DNA of 64,000 nucleotides from an uncultured Gemmatimonadales bacterium (GTDB lineage Bacteria; Gemmatimonadota; Gemmatimonadetes; Gemmatimonadales; GWC2-71-9): NCBI GenBank assembly GCA_963695555.1, contig CAVOGR010000007.1, positions 544,001 to 608,000 of the forward strand, read 5' to 3'. Shown piece by piece: positions 30,733 to 39,922 of this stretch (position 1 is its first letter; each line of letters starts with the position of its first letter). The notes under the pieces were generated by a model. It saw only the letters and a program-made list of their open reading frames with translations, ran no database searches and was not told where the DNA came from. The position numbers and the translations under genes were made by a program.

Positions 30733-31252
30733 CTATTTCTTCCCGACCATCGCGTCGGGCATCCGCACCGCAACCACGGTCCCGCGGGCCGTGATCTCTC
30801 CATCGGCCGAAACGGTGGCCTCGACTACGACCTTCCGCTCGGTGGCCTCTCTCACTATTCCCCGCACTTCCAGCACGGGGCCGAGTGGTGTCGGTCGAAG
30901 ATACTCCACGTGGAGCGCTGCCGTGACGAACCGCGGCACCTCGTCGGTACGCACCTGCCCTCCCTCGAGCTTCCACGCCGGCGATCCGCGCCGCCGCTGC
31001 CGCCGCGGTACCGGTCCCGTGGCAGTCGATGAGGGAGGCGATCAATCCTCCATAGACATACCCGGCAACGGCGGTATGAATGGGCTTGGGGGTAAATCTC
31101 GCGACCGTCTGATCACCGTCCCAGCGGCTCTTGAGCTGATGGCCGTCGTGGTTGAGCCGGCCACAACCATAGCAGTGCGCGACGTCTTCCGGGTAATAGT
31201 CCTGGATGGCTGGTGCGGGGACGGGAGTGGGAACAGGCGAAGTGCGGGTCAT
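30733..31252 (-). CDS. PaaI family thioesterase (frameshift at ~30965)
   Basis: CYGCGRLN, YGGLIASLIDCHG, then RFVTAALHVEYLRPTP. Confidence 0.85.
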
Positions 31253-31446
31253 GATTGAGGCAGCGTGACGTTGTGGTTTGGCGTGGCGGATCGGACGCAC
31301 GTGAGCACTTCGGCAATCTACCACCGAGCTCAGAGTGCCGCTGGTGCATGCGACGGATCAGTTGAAGCTGGCGGCCACGGTGGGTGGCGTTAATATGAGC
31401 GCTAGCGCCGAGTCGCACTCGATGGCGTGGTGACAGTCCACCCTAC

Positions 31447-32191
31447 TTGAAAGACCACACGTTGCCAAACCATTCCGGAAACGAGCACGATTCGGATCGC
31501 CGCTTCACCGATCAGGAAGTCGCACTGGTGCTGCAGCGCGCGGCGGAAATCGAGGAGCGGCGCTCCACGTCGGCGGCGGGGCGTGGTCTCACGCTCGGTG
31601 AGCTGCGCGACATCGCCCAGGAAGTGGGCTTGAGCCCCGACGTGATCGACGAGGCGGTGGCCGCGGTCCGGACCGGGGTCCGTCCGCGGGGCGGATCGCT
31701 CCTCGGCGCCTCGTTATCCAACAAGGTGGTGCGCGGTGTGCCGGGCCGGCTCGACGAGGACGACCTGCAGCGCCTCATCCGCGTGGTCGAGGACCGGGTC
31801 GAGGAGACCGGCACCGTGTCGGAGGCGCTCGGCACGGTCCGTTGGACCAGCGTCGCGCGGGGCCACCGGTTCGACCGCACCATGCAGGTGTCGCTCTCCG
31901 CCACGGGGGCTCGAGGAGACCCAGATCCAGGTGGTGCAGCGCTACCCGTCGGGGTTGAGGGCCATTCTCCATGGGCTCCCCACGGCCTGGGGGGCCATGA
32001 TCGGCGGTGCCATCGCGGCATCGGCCGCGGTGGTTCCGGTGGTGGGCATCGGCATCGGGCTGGGTGGGGCGGCGCTGGGGCTCGGCATCGGTCGCACCGT
32101 GTGGCATGCGCTGGCCCGGAAGAGCGCCAGGGAAGTGGAGCGTGTGGCGGGCGAGCTGGCCGAGGCGGCCCGGGAGATGGCGGAGAAGTAA
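31447..32191 (+). CDS. Hypothetical membrane protein (frameshift at ~31910)
   Basis: FTDQEVALVLQRAAE..LTLGELRDIAQEVG; the C-terminal two TMs lie in another frame. Confidence 0.7.
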
Positions 32192-32277
32192 CCTAGAACC
32201 TGACGGCACTTTAATGCCGCAAATGGGCCAACGTTGCTAGCGCTCCATCACCGCTGACCCTCGCTCCCTCTTCCCCG

Positions 32278-32559
32278 TCAATCGGTCCGCTGGGTGATCT
32301 CGATCAGGTGGTAGCCGAACTGGGTCTTGACCGGCCCCTGCACCTGGCCCACCGGGGCACTGAACACTACGTGATCGAACTCCTTGACCATCTGGCCCGG
32401 GCTGAACTGGCCCAGGTCGCCGCCCTTCTTGCCCGACGGACAGGTCGAGTGCTGCTTGGCGAGGGCCGCGAAGTCGCCGCCCGCTTCGATCTCGGTCTTG
32501 AGTTTGCTACACGCGTCTTCACTGGGTACCAGAATGTGCCGTGCCGTGGCCTTGGCCAT
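32278..32559 (-). CDS. ppiC: Parvulin peptidyl-prolyl isomerase
   Basis: ARHILV, HSTCPSGKKGGDLG.F..GQMV.EFD, GPVKTQFGYHLI. Confidence 0.93.
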   Translation of the reverse strand: MAKATARHILVPSEDACSKLKTEIEAGGDFAALAKQHSTCPSGKKGGDLGQFSPGQMVKEFDHVVFSAPVGQVQGPVKTQFGYHLIEITQRTD

Positions 32560-32644
32560 CGTCGTGCTCCTCTCGGGGATGGTTCGTGCGGGAATTGGAC
32601 CACGAATGTAATCGACCCTCCCGCGGGGAGAGAACCTGGCGGAG

Positions 32645-33787
32645 TCACCCGGTCGGCACCCACTCACAGCCGGTATCGTCGATCAGGTAGCGCCTGATGA
32701 CCGACGTCACTCGTGAGGAATCGTCGAGTAAGGGCACTTGATCCAAAGCGAAGAGGGTGTCGCCGTGGACCGCAATCCGGGGCCACTCCGTGCCCGGAAA
32801 GGGAAGGGGCGTGTCCACACACGCGGATCGGCGGTCCGCCGAGAGGAGGCTGATGAAGGCCCGTCCAAACACGTGGACGCCAGTTCCCATTGGTTCTGTC
32901 CACCCGTCCTGAAACCAGAGCACAAAGGTGCCGTTCGGGAGTCTCCAGATATCCTTCAAAGCCGATATCGCCCTCATCTGCTCATCGAGATCCGGATTCC
33001 TGAAGCTGAATACCTTGAAGGCCTCCTTTGGGTTGCCGGTTCGGAGTCGTGCCGGGATCTGCACGGTGTCGAGCGGAACTCCGTCGATGGTATGCAAGGT
33101 CAGATAGTCGACCCCGGAGTAGCCAACCAACATCGTATCAGCCCACGCGGCAAAGGCTGAGCGATTGAACGTCATGAGATCGGGATAGTCGATGTATTCC
33201 TGAGGCCACGGGACCAGGTTTGAAGCGAGTGGTTCCGCGAGCCGGGCACTGTCGGGTGTCAGCAACTCCGGCACCGAGAGCGCCAGAATTCCCCGTTGGG
33301 AGTAGTAGTCGAAATTCGCGAAGATCACTTTCCCTCCGCGCGCAACACCGTGTGAGATGGTCCCCTGGGTTCGCCGGCCCATGTAGTAGCGCCCGGTCCT
33401 GCGATCGAATATCTGGATAGTGCGACTGGTGGGCTGCAGTATGAGGGTGTCTGCCAATGTCGTACCCTGGCTTAGGCTGCGGAATTCACCCGGGCCGCTT
33501 CCCTCCTTCCCGATGGTCCGGTCGATTCGCCCGTCCGGATGAAAGCGAACCACCCGATTCCAGAACTCGTCGGGGATATAGATCGCACCACGGTCGTCAA
33601 CAGTGAAGCTGACCGCGGGACGACCCAGATACAGCGTATCGTTCTCTTCGAGGATCACCGAATCGAGCAAGGCCAGGGAGGGGCCAGGGCCCTGCCCACG
33701 TTCATTGGCGCTGGCCGAGCACCCAACGATGAGGCAGAGTGCCGACGCCTTGAACAGTCCGACGATGCGTCCCTCATGTCTCGACAT
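32645..33787 (-). CDS. 6-bladed beta-propeller lipoprotein, divergent from the BTAD-STAND gene
   Basis: GGAGG RBS; lipobox IVGC; IGKEGSGPGEF motif. Confidence 0.8.
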   Translation of the reverse strand: MSRHEGRIVGLFKASALCLIVGCSASANERGQGPGPSLALLDSVILEENDTLYLGRPAVSFTVDDRGAIYIPDEFWNRVVRFHPDGRIDRTIGKEGSGPGEFRSLSQGTTLADTLILQPTSRTIQIFDRRTGRYYMGRRTQGTISHGVARGGKVIFANFDYYSQRGILALSVPELLTPDSARLAEPLASNLVPWPQEYIDYPDLMTFNRSAFAAWADTMLVGYSGVDYLTLHTIDGVPLDTVQIPARLRTGNPKEAFKVFSFRNPDLDEQMRAISALKDIWRLPNGTFVLWFQDGWTEPMGTGVHVFGRAFISLLSADRRSACVDTPLPFPGTEWPRIAVHGDTLFALDQVPLLDDSSRVTSVIRRYLIDDTGCEWVPTG

Positions 33788-33900
33788 GATACCCTCCAGG
33801 CCTGTCTCTCTGCACGGTACATCCGGGGTATGAAGCCGCGGTGAATCGACCCTGAGGACCGGCCGCACCGACCACCACTCTGCAGGCCATCAAGCCCATA

Positions 33901-33916
33901 CTAGGGAAAACCCTAG
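33901..33916. promoter_or_regulatory. Palindrome in the divergent promoter region
   Basis: CTAGGG-AAAA-CCCTAG. Confidence 0.4.
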
Positions 33917-34054
33917 CATCGTTCGACAACCCGCCAATTCGGCTGCAACATTACAGAGTTTCCGGCTTCGTAATCTAGGGCCAGGAACCGTGTTGAGACT
34001 TGGTTGAGGGCCCGGCCCCACTGTTGGCTGGCCCCACGCGAGAGGAGCGGGCCC

Positions 34055-37000
34055 GTGACCGTACCCCATACCCTGTGCTGCCTCGGCCAGCCCGGCTTGA
34101 TCGGGCCGGACGGGCGAGCGGTGCGGTTCCGAACCCGGAAGCACCTGGCCCTCCTGGTGTATTTGGCGGTCGAGTCCCGCGTGGCACATCGGCGGGAGCG
34201 GCTAGTGGAATTGCTCTGGCCCAACGCCAGCCACGGCGAGGGCCGGCACTCGCTGTCCACCGCCCTCTCGGTCCTCCGCGCCAAGCTCGGCCGGGCCGCC
34301 ATCAAGAGCAGCCGGGATCACGTGCAGCTGGTCATGGCCGACCTCGAGCTCGATCTCCACCGCCTGACCGATGGCCAACTACTCGAGACCGACCTCATGC
34401 CGGCGCTCGAGGTGGGCGGGTTTCTCGAGGACTTCGACATTCCGGGAGCCACGGCGTTCGCCCACTGGCGGGACCAGCAACGGGCAACCTGGCTGCCACA
34501 AATCCAAGCCGCGCTCAGGTTCCTGATCGATCGCTGCCGCCGCACCGGCGACTTCGCCCAGATCGAGCGCTACGCCGACCGGTTACTGGCGCTGGACGAT
34601 CTGAACGAGGAGGGGATGCGTGCCAAGATGGAGGCCCGGGCCTTCGCCGGCGACCGGCTGACCGCACTCCGGTTGTTCGAAGAATGGAAGGAGAAACTCC
34701 ACACCGAGCTCGACGCCGCACCGTCGCCGCTCATCGAGGGCATGGCCCTCCGGCTCCGTCGCCGCGGTTGGGAACGTGCCAACACCAAGGAGATCGCTCC
34801 GGTCCCGACCGACCAGTGGAAAGGCCGGCGGTTCATCGGACGCACGCAGGAGTATGGCGCCCTCTACACTGTATGGGAGTCGACGGTCGGTGGCTCACCA
34901 CGGCATGCGTTCGTGGTGGGAGACTCGGGCGTTGGGAAGAGTACCCTGGTCGAACGCCTCGCGACGGCAGCCGGTTTGTCCGGCGGGGTGTCGAGCCGGG
35001 TGCAATGCTACGATCTCGAGCACGAAATTCCCTATGCGGCGCTCAGCAATCTGTTGCACGGGCTCATCGTGCTGCCAGGCGCGTCTGCAACGAGCCCCGA
35101 AGCGCTGGCGGAACTCAGCCGGAGTGCACCCCGGGTGCGGGAGCATTTCCACTCGATTCCAACCCCGCAGAACAGCCAGGGAGAGAACTCGAGAATCCGC
35201 CTGACCGACGCCGTGCAACAGCTGGTGTGCTCAGTAGCCGAGGAGCAGCCGGTGATGCTGGTGGTGGACGATTTACATCTGGCCGATGACGCAAGCATCT
35301 CGGTGATCCATCTCCTCATGCGGCGGATCGAGACGGACCGGGTGATGGTGCTGCTCACGGCCCGCACCGGCGAGTTGGGCCGCTCGCCCAACGCCAGCAA
35401 GCTCCGGGAGGCCCAGGCACGATTGAACATGACCACGATAGAGCTGCCGCCGCTCTCGGACGAGGAGAGCGCGGCGCTGGTCGAGAGCCTCATGGAACCC
35501 GATGAACCGCCGCCAAAGGGAGCGGTGCTCCAGGCGCTGATCCGAGCGGGTGCCGGGTTCCCCATGGCGCTGGAGCTTCTGGTCAAGGATTGGAGAATCA
35601 ACGGGGAGCGAAGCCTGGCCCTATCGCTCGAGGCCATGACCGAGGAGCCGCTCGCCCAGTCCGCCCCAGGCGACGCGTATCGACGGCTGCTGGACCGTCT
35701 GACGATGGGACTCGACCCGACGACGAGGAACGTGCTCAACCTCGCAGCCGTACTGGGGCCGCGGCTGAACGATCTCGAGATGTACGCGCTGATGGACTTG
35801 AGCCTTGGCCAGACCATGAGCGCCATGTCGGAGTTGGCCAGAATTCGAATCCTCCGCGACGGCACCCACGGGCTCGAGTTCGTAAACGAGTTGATCCGGG
35901 CTCAGACCTACCTCACGATCCCCTCACCACTCAGGCGCACCATCCACGGTCGCATCGTGGATCGCCTATTGGGGCTGGGCGATTGCGCGGCGGAGGCCGC
36001 GGGCCTGGAGATCGCGTGGCATTGTGTCAGAGCTGGCAGAGTAACGGAGGCGACGCCTTATCTGCTTCAGGGCGCCAAGTCGGCCATGCGACGCGGGGCG
36101 CCCTACGAGGCAGAGCGCGCCTTGGCCTCGGCCTTGGACCGGCTGGGAGAACCCGAGCGGAGTGAGGCGGTCCTTCTCTTAGCCAAATCACTCAACGAGC
36201 AGGGAAAACTGAAGGATTCGCTGGAGCTGTTGGAAAGATGCCGCCCCTTAGTTTCCGAAGACCAGGAAGACGTCGCACGCATCCTGACGCTACATAACAA
36301 GCTTAGGGTTCTCCCTCGATCTGGGGATGATGAAGCAGTCGACCGAAGTGCGCTTATGGCAATCACGCGCACTTCCACGACAGACAGTACAAGAGTTTTT
36401 GGAATAACGACTGCCTGCAGGATGCTCCCGGAAAACGAGACACCGGCAATCAACCGAGAATTGCTAGATATCATGGACAAGATTCTCGAAGACAAGCTTG
36501 ATCTAGAAGCCCGAGGGGCATTGGCGCTTGCCAAAGGAAGGATCTTGTACAGACAGAAAGACCTAAGTGGGGCCAGACGAGAGGTTACAGATGCAGTGAC
36601 ACTTCTCACCAGCCGAGGGCTTGAAGGCTCGATAGTTGCGTCACTGCAAGTCGCCTCGGCAATCCTTGCTACAGCAGCTGGTGAGTACGAACCAGCCCTG
36701 GCACACCTAAATACTGCTTGGCAGATCTCGACAAGGTTGGGCAACGACATCATCTGCAGTTCTGTTGCAAGTAACATCGCAATCTGCTGCAGCAGATTAG
36801 GACAATTCTCCGAGCAAGCACTCTGGGGAAGGAAAAGCTTTCAGCATGCAACGCGGACGCATATTCCGCATCACATAATGCTAAGTGCATCTGTACTAGC
36901 ACTTGCATATGCTCTTATGGAAAAGCCTTCACAATGCCTTGAGATGCTCGAGGAAGGCGAGATTCTCCTTGCGTCGTTTGAGGATCCTATCGCACACCAG

Positions 37001-37396
37001 TCCTGGTGCCTCTACTGCGCCGACACCCTACATTTACTGGGGAAGCACGAGGAAGCCATCAAGAAAGCAAGAAGAGCAGGCGTGGGTTCGAGTGCCGATT
37101 TTTCACTAGCAACCATTGTGGGAAAATATGCTCGCTGGACTGCTATACTCGGTCACCAAGTCGACAGCACACAAGCAGGGAATATCCTCAATCAACTTAT
37201 GATGCAGCGAGCATCTTACGACCGGCTTGATCAAGTCGAGATCTTAAATGCGAAGGTATGGTTCGATTTCAAGAATGGGTGCGGTTCAAACGTCGGTCGC
37301 GAATGGATCCAACGCGAATTAGGAACTGTGCCGCCCGGTGTAACCGATCTTCTCCAGAGGCTTGGTATGTTGGACTTTACCGCAGGACAGATGTGA
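34055..37396 (+). CDS. SARP/BTAD transcriptional regulator with STAND (AAA) ATPase and C-terminal TPR-like region
   Basis: N-terminal wHTH (RKHLALLVYL, RERLVELLWP, SLSTALSVLR), BTAD region, Walker A GDSGVGKS, Walker B LVVDDLH, GFPMAL, helical C-terminus. Confidence 0.9.
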   Translation: MTVPHTLCCLGQPGLIGPDGRAVRFRTRKHLALLVYLAVESRVAHRRERLVELLWPNASHGEGRHSLSTALSVLRAKLGRAAIKSSRDHVQLVMADLELDLHRLTDGQLLETDLMPALEVGGFLEDFDIPGATAFAHWRDQQRATWLPQIQAALRFLIDRCRRTGDFAQIERYADRLLALDDLNEEGMRAKMEARAFAGDRLTALRLFEEWKEKLHTELDAAPSPLIEGMALRLRRRGWERANTKEIAPVPTDQWKGRRFIGRTQEYGALYTVWESTVGGSPRHAFVVGDSGVGKSTLVERLATAAGLSGGVSSRVQCYDLEHEIPYAALSNLLHGLIVLPGASATSPEALAELSRSAPRVREHFHSIPTPQNSQGENSRIRLTDAVQQLVCSVAEEQPVMLVVDDLHLADDASISVIHLLMRRIETDRVMVLLTARTGELGRSPNASKLREAQARLNMTTIELPPLSDEESAALVESLMEPDEPPPKGAVLQALIRAGAGFPMALELLVKDWRINGERSLALSLEAMTEEPLAQSAPGDAYRRLLDRLTMGLDPTTRNVLNLAAVLGPRLNDLEMYALMDLSLGQTMSAMSELARIRILRDGTHGLEFVNELIRAQTYLTIPSPLRRTIHGRIVDRLLGLGDCAAEAAGLEIAWHCVRAGRVTEATPYLLQGAKSAMRRGAPYEAERALASALDRLGEPERSEAVLLLAKSLNEQGKLKDSLELLERCRPLVSEDQEDVARILTLHNKLRVLPRSGDDEAVDRSALMAITRTSTTDSTRVFGITTACRMLPENETPAINRELLDIMDKILEDKLDLEARGALALAKGRILYRQKDLSGARREVTDAVTLLTSRGLEGSIVASLQVASAILATAAGEYEPALAHLNTAWQISTRLGNDIICSSVASNIAICCSRLGQFSEQALWGRKSFQHATRTHIPHHIMLSASVLALAYALMEKPSQCLEMLEEGEILLASFEDPIAHQSWCLYCADTLHLLGKHEEAIKKARRAGVGSSADFSLATIVGKYARWTAILGHQVDSTQAGNILNQLMMQRASYDRLDQVEILNAKVWFDFKNGCGSNVGREWIQRELGTVPPGVTDLLQRLGMLDFTAGQM

Positions 37397-37414
37397 GGGG
37401 AGATACAGATCAAC

Positions 37415-38815
37415 TCATCCCGAAAGAAAGGTCTCGCCGCCTGAGAGCCTGATCCGCCTGGATCGACCCGGTGTTGGCTGCATTGCGACCGCTTGTTCGG
37501 GAACGTCGGTTGCCTCGGCGATGATGCGGCGGATGGCGACCGAGTTGGCCACCACGTCCACCAGCCGGGCGTCGAATTGGGTGCCCTTGCAGCGCTGGAG
37601 CTCGGCCATCACCACGTCCACACCGAGGGCTTTCCGGTAGGGCCGGTCGGTGGTCATGGCATCGATGGTGTCGCACACCATGATGATCCGGGCGCCCAGC
37701 GGGATGTCCTCGCCGGCCAGCCCGTCGGGATAGCCCTCGCCGTCCCAGCGCTCGTGGTGGTTCCGGACCATCGCCTCGATCTTGCCGCGGAAGCTCGAGA
37801 TGATGTGGACCAGCTCCGCGCCCTTGGCCGAGTGGGTCTGGAGCAGGGCGAACTCCGCCTCGGTCAGCTTCTCCGCCTTTCGGAGGAGCGGGGCGAATTC
37901 CTCGTGGATCTTCCCGACATCGTGGAGCAGCGCGGCCGACTCGATCTGCTCCAGTTCCTTCCCCGGCACGCCCAGCTCGGCCGCGATGGTCCGGCTCAGC
38001 TTGCTGACCCGGAGCGAGTGACCGGAGGTGTAGGGATCACGCGCTTCGATGGCCTTGACCATCAGCTGCAGCAGCTCCTGCCCGCTCTCTTGCAGCTGAC
38101 GGTACATGCCGTAGACATGCCGCACTGCGATGATCGGGAGATGACCACCAGCAAGCCGCCGGCCCCGAAGCCAATCGACTTGGTCGAATCGTATGTAGAG
38201 CCAGGCGATCAGCACCGCCTATTGCGCTGGCGCCCAGTCGTAGCCCAACACACCGCTGGTGATCAGTGCCATACTTCACGGAATGTACGGCCCGAGCTCA
38301 ACGCAACCGCAGCGGTTACAGCAGCTGTAGTTCGTCGCGAAGTAGGTGGCTGCAATCAGAAAGAAGAGACCTAGATCTCGCTGGACGAGCAGAGACGACA
38401 TGACCGCATCCGACCCCAGGTAGGCGGGTGGTAAGTCCGCCGCCTGAACTCTGGTATACCAGACACTGCGAGCGTAATGGAGAGGATCCGCTGAGAGACG
38501 TTGAAGACGACCTTGATAGGGCCGGTGCGCTTTCCCAGATCTCCGTCACTAGCGTGGATATTGCAACTACACACCCGCCCCAAAAAGCCGCCAAACAGCA
38601 ACGCAGATGCCATGTAAACGATGAACGACGTCGACCCTCTTACCGTGACCTAAGACGGGTGGTGTAACCACCAAGTATCACTCGACAATCGTAAATGCAC
38701 TAAAGGCCCACCAACCTGGAAATGGCAGACGGGAATGACCAGGCAGCGCCCATGGCTAGAATTGAGGCCAAGGCTACCAGGGTCACAGAAGATGTAGCCG
38801 AAGGTTGCGGGGCAT
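37415..38815 (-). CDS. Multi-TM sensor (MASE9-like) HD-GYP c-di-GMP phosphodiesterase; N-terminal sensor broken by many indels
   Basis: Intact AIEARDPYTSGHS, LHDVGK, HHERWDGEGYPDGL, DAMTTDRPYR. Upstream fragments in alternating frames: MPRNLR, STSFIVYMASALLFGG, PIKVVFNVSQRILSI, RDLGLFFLIAATYFATN, VALSSGRTFREVW. Confidence 0.8.
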
Positions 38816-38858
38816 AATGGCGATGAAGATGGAAGGGGGACCCCGACCAGCCAAGACC

Positions 38859-38942
38859 TTAGTTCCAGACTACGCCTTCGGCCTTGGACAACAAATCGGC
38901 AATGAAGTTCACTGCCGCGGCGAGCCAGCTGATGTTCAGCAT
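38859..38942 (-). CDS. 27-aa small peptide MLNISWLAAAVNFIADLLSKAEGVVWN (putative signal precursor)
   Basis: Below the ORF-track cutoff. AAGGAGG RBS (38951-38957) 8 nt before ATG; TAA stop 43 nt upstream of the HD-GYP start. Confidence 0.75.
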   Translation of the reverse strand: MLNISWLAAAVNFIADLLSKAEGVVWN

Positions 38943-39154
38943 GAGCGTCACCTCCTTGGCGTTGAGTCACCGAAAGAAGGTGGCAAGCCTCGCTATGGCC
39001 TACCCGACGCTCCGCTCCTCAGTTGTCCGCTCACAACTCCGCTCGGTCCTACTACACGACCGGGGTCCCCTTCCGTTTTCTCCTTGAGTGCGAATTCCCT
39101 GAATGAGCTCTCCCGGGGCGCAGCGGCCACCGCACCCGATCAAGCGGGCGAAAC

Positions 39155-39922
39155 TCAACTCGCTCGGCGGATCGCGGTCCACCGGTTGGTGGCGTCGAGC
39201 ACCGCAAACACCGCGGCCCGCTCGGCGCTTTCCCTGATCTGCGCGGTGCCGGTCAGGAGCAGGCTCTCACGCCCGCCCAACCCCTGCACCGCCGCAAAGA
39301 CAAATTGACAATCGAACCCCTCGACGATCTTGGCGCCATCGAGCGCCACCGAGGCTCCCTCGAGCAACCGGTCCAACACCTCGATCGTGGCCCGCGCCGC
39401 AGCCTCGACCCGGCTCCGCGGGGTGTCGGAGCTTTCCGCGCCGGCAGCCTCGCTCTTGCCGTTGCTCGACAGGCTCACGGTCAGATTGATATGGTGTGGC
39501 TTGGTGCTGGGCGCCACCGTCAGGTTCTCGAACAGCACCGTGCGATGGCGCGCCCGGATCGACACGGCGTCCTGGTCCAGCGTTTCGATGGGCCGGACGT
39601 CGGCCGTCTGCGCGATGGATATTTTCCGATGGTCGACCCGGAGGCCGAGCTGCGCCAAGAGGGCCGACTCGATATTCCGAACCACCTGCTTTGGCGCCAG
39701 GCCGGCTTGCGCCAGGATGTGGATCTCGCTCACCTCGCCGAGCGGGGTGGTGACCACCCGCGCCGAGAGGACACCCTCGAGGCTGGTCAGCAGATTCTCG
39801 GCACGGCGCACGCCCCAGGGGTCGGGTGCGTCGCCGCTCGCGAATCCGCCGCCCGCCTCGCTGAACCCCGGCCGTCTGGAAGAACCCGAACCCGTCACAG
39901 GGACCCCGCCTTGCGTCATCAT
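39155..39922 (-). CDS. Conserved hypothetical cytoplasmic protein
   Basis: LEGVLSARVV..EIHILA..PKQVVRNIESAL..VDHRKISIAQ; C-terminal AAVFAVLDATNR; start overlaps the GGDEF stop. Confidence 0.8.
   Translation of the reverse strand: MMTQGGVPVTGSGSSRRPGFSEAGGGFASGDAPDPWGVRRAENLLTSLEGVLSARVVTTPLGEVSEIHILAQAGLAPKQVVRNIESALLAQLGLRVDHRKISIAQTADVRPIETLDQDAVSIRARHRTVLFENLTVAPSTKPHHINLTVSLSSNGKSEAAGAESSDTPRSRVEAAARATIEVLDRLLEGASVALDGAKIVEGFDCQFVFAAVQGLGGRESLLLTGTAQIRESAERAAVFAVLDATNRWTAIRRAS

Noticed and set aside
38945..39150. c-di-GMP riboswitch upstream of the peptide gene
   Set aside because: No GEMM-I signature (GGCAAA..GAAA..GACGCAAAGC) was recognised on the coding strand; an Infernal/Rfam scan would settle it.
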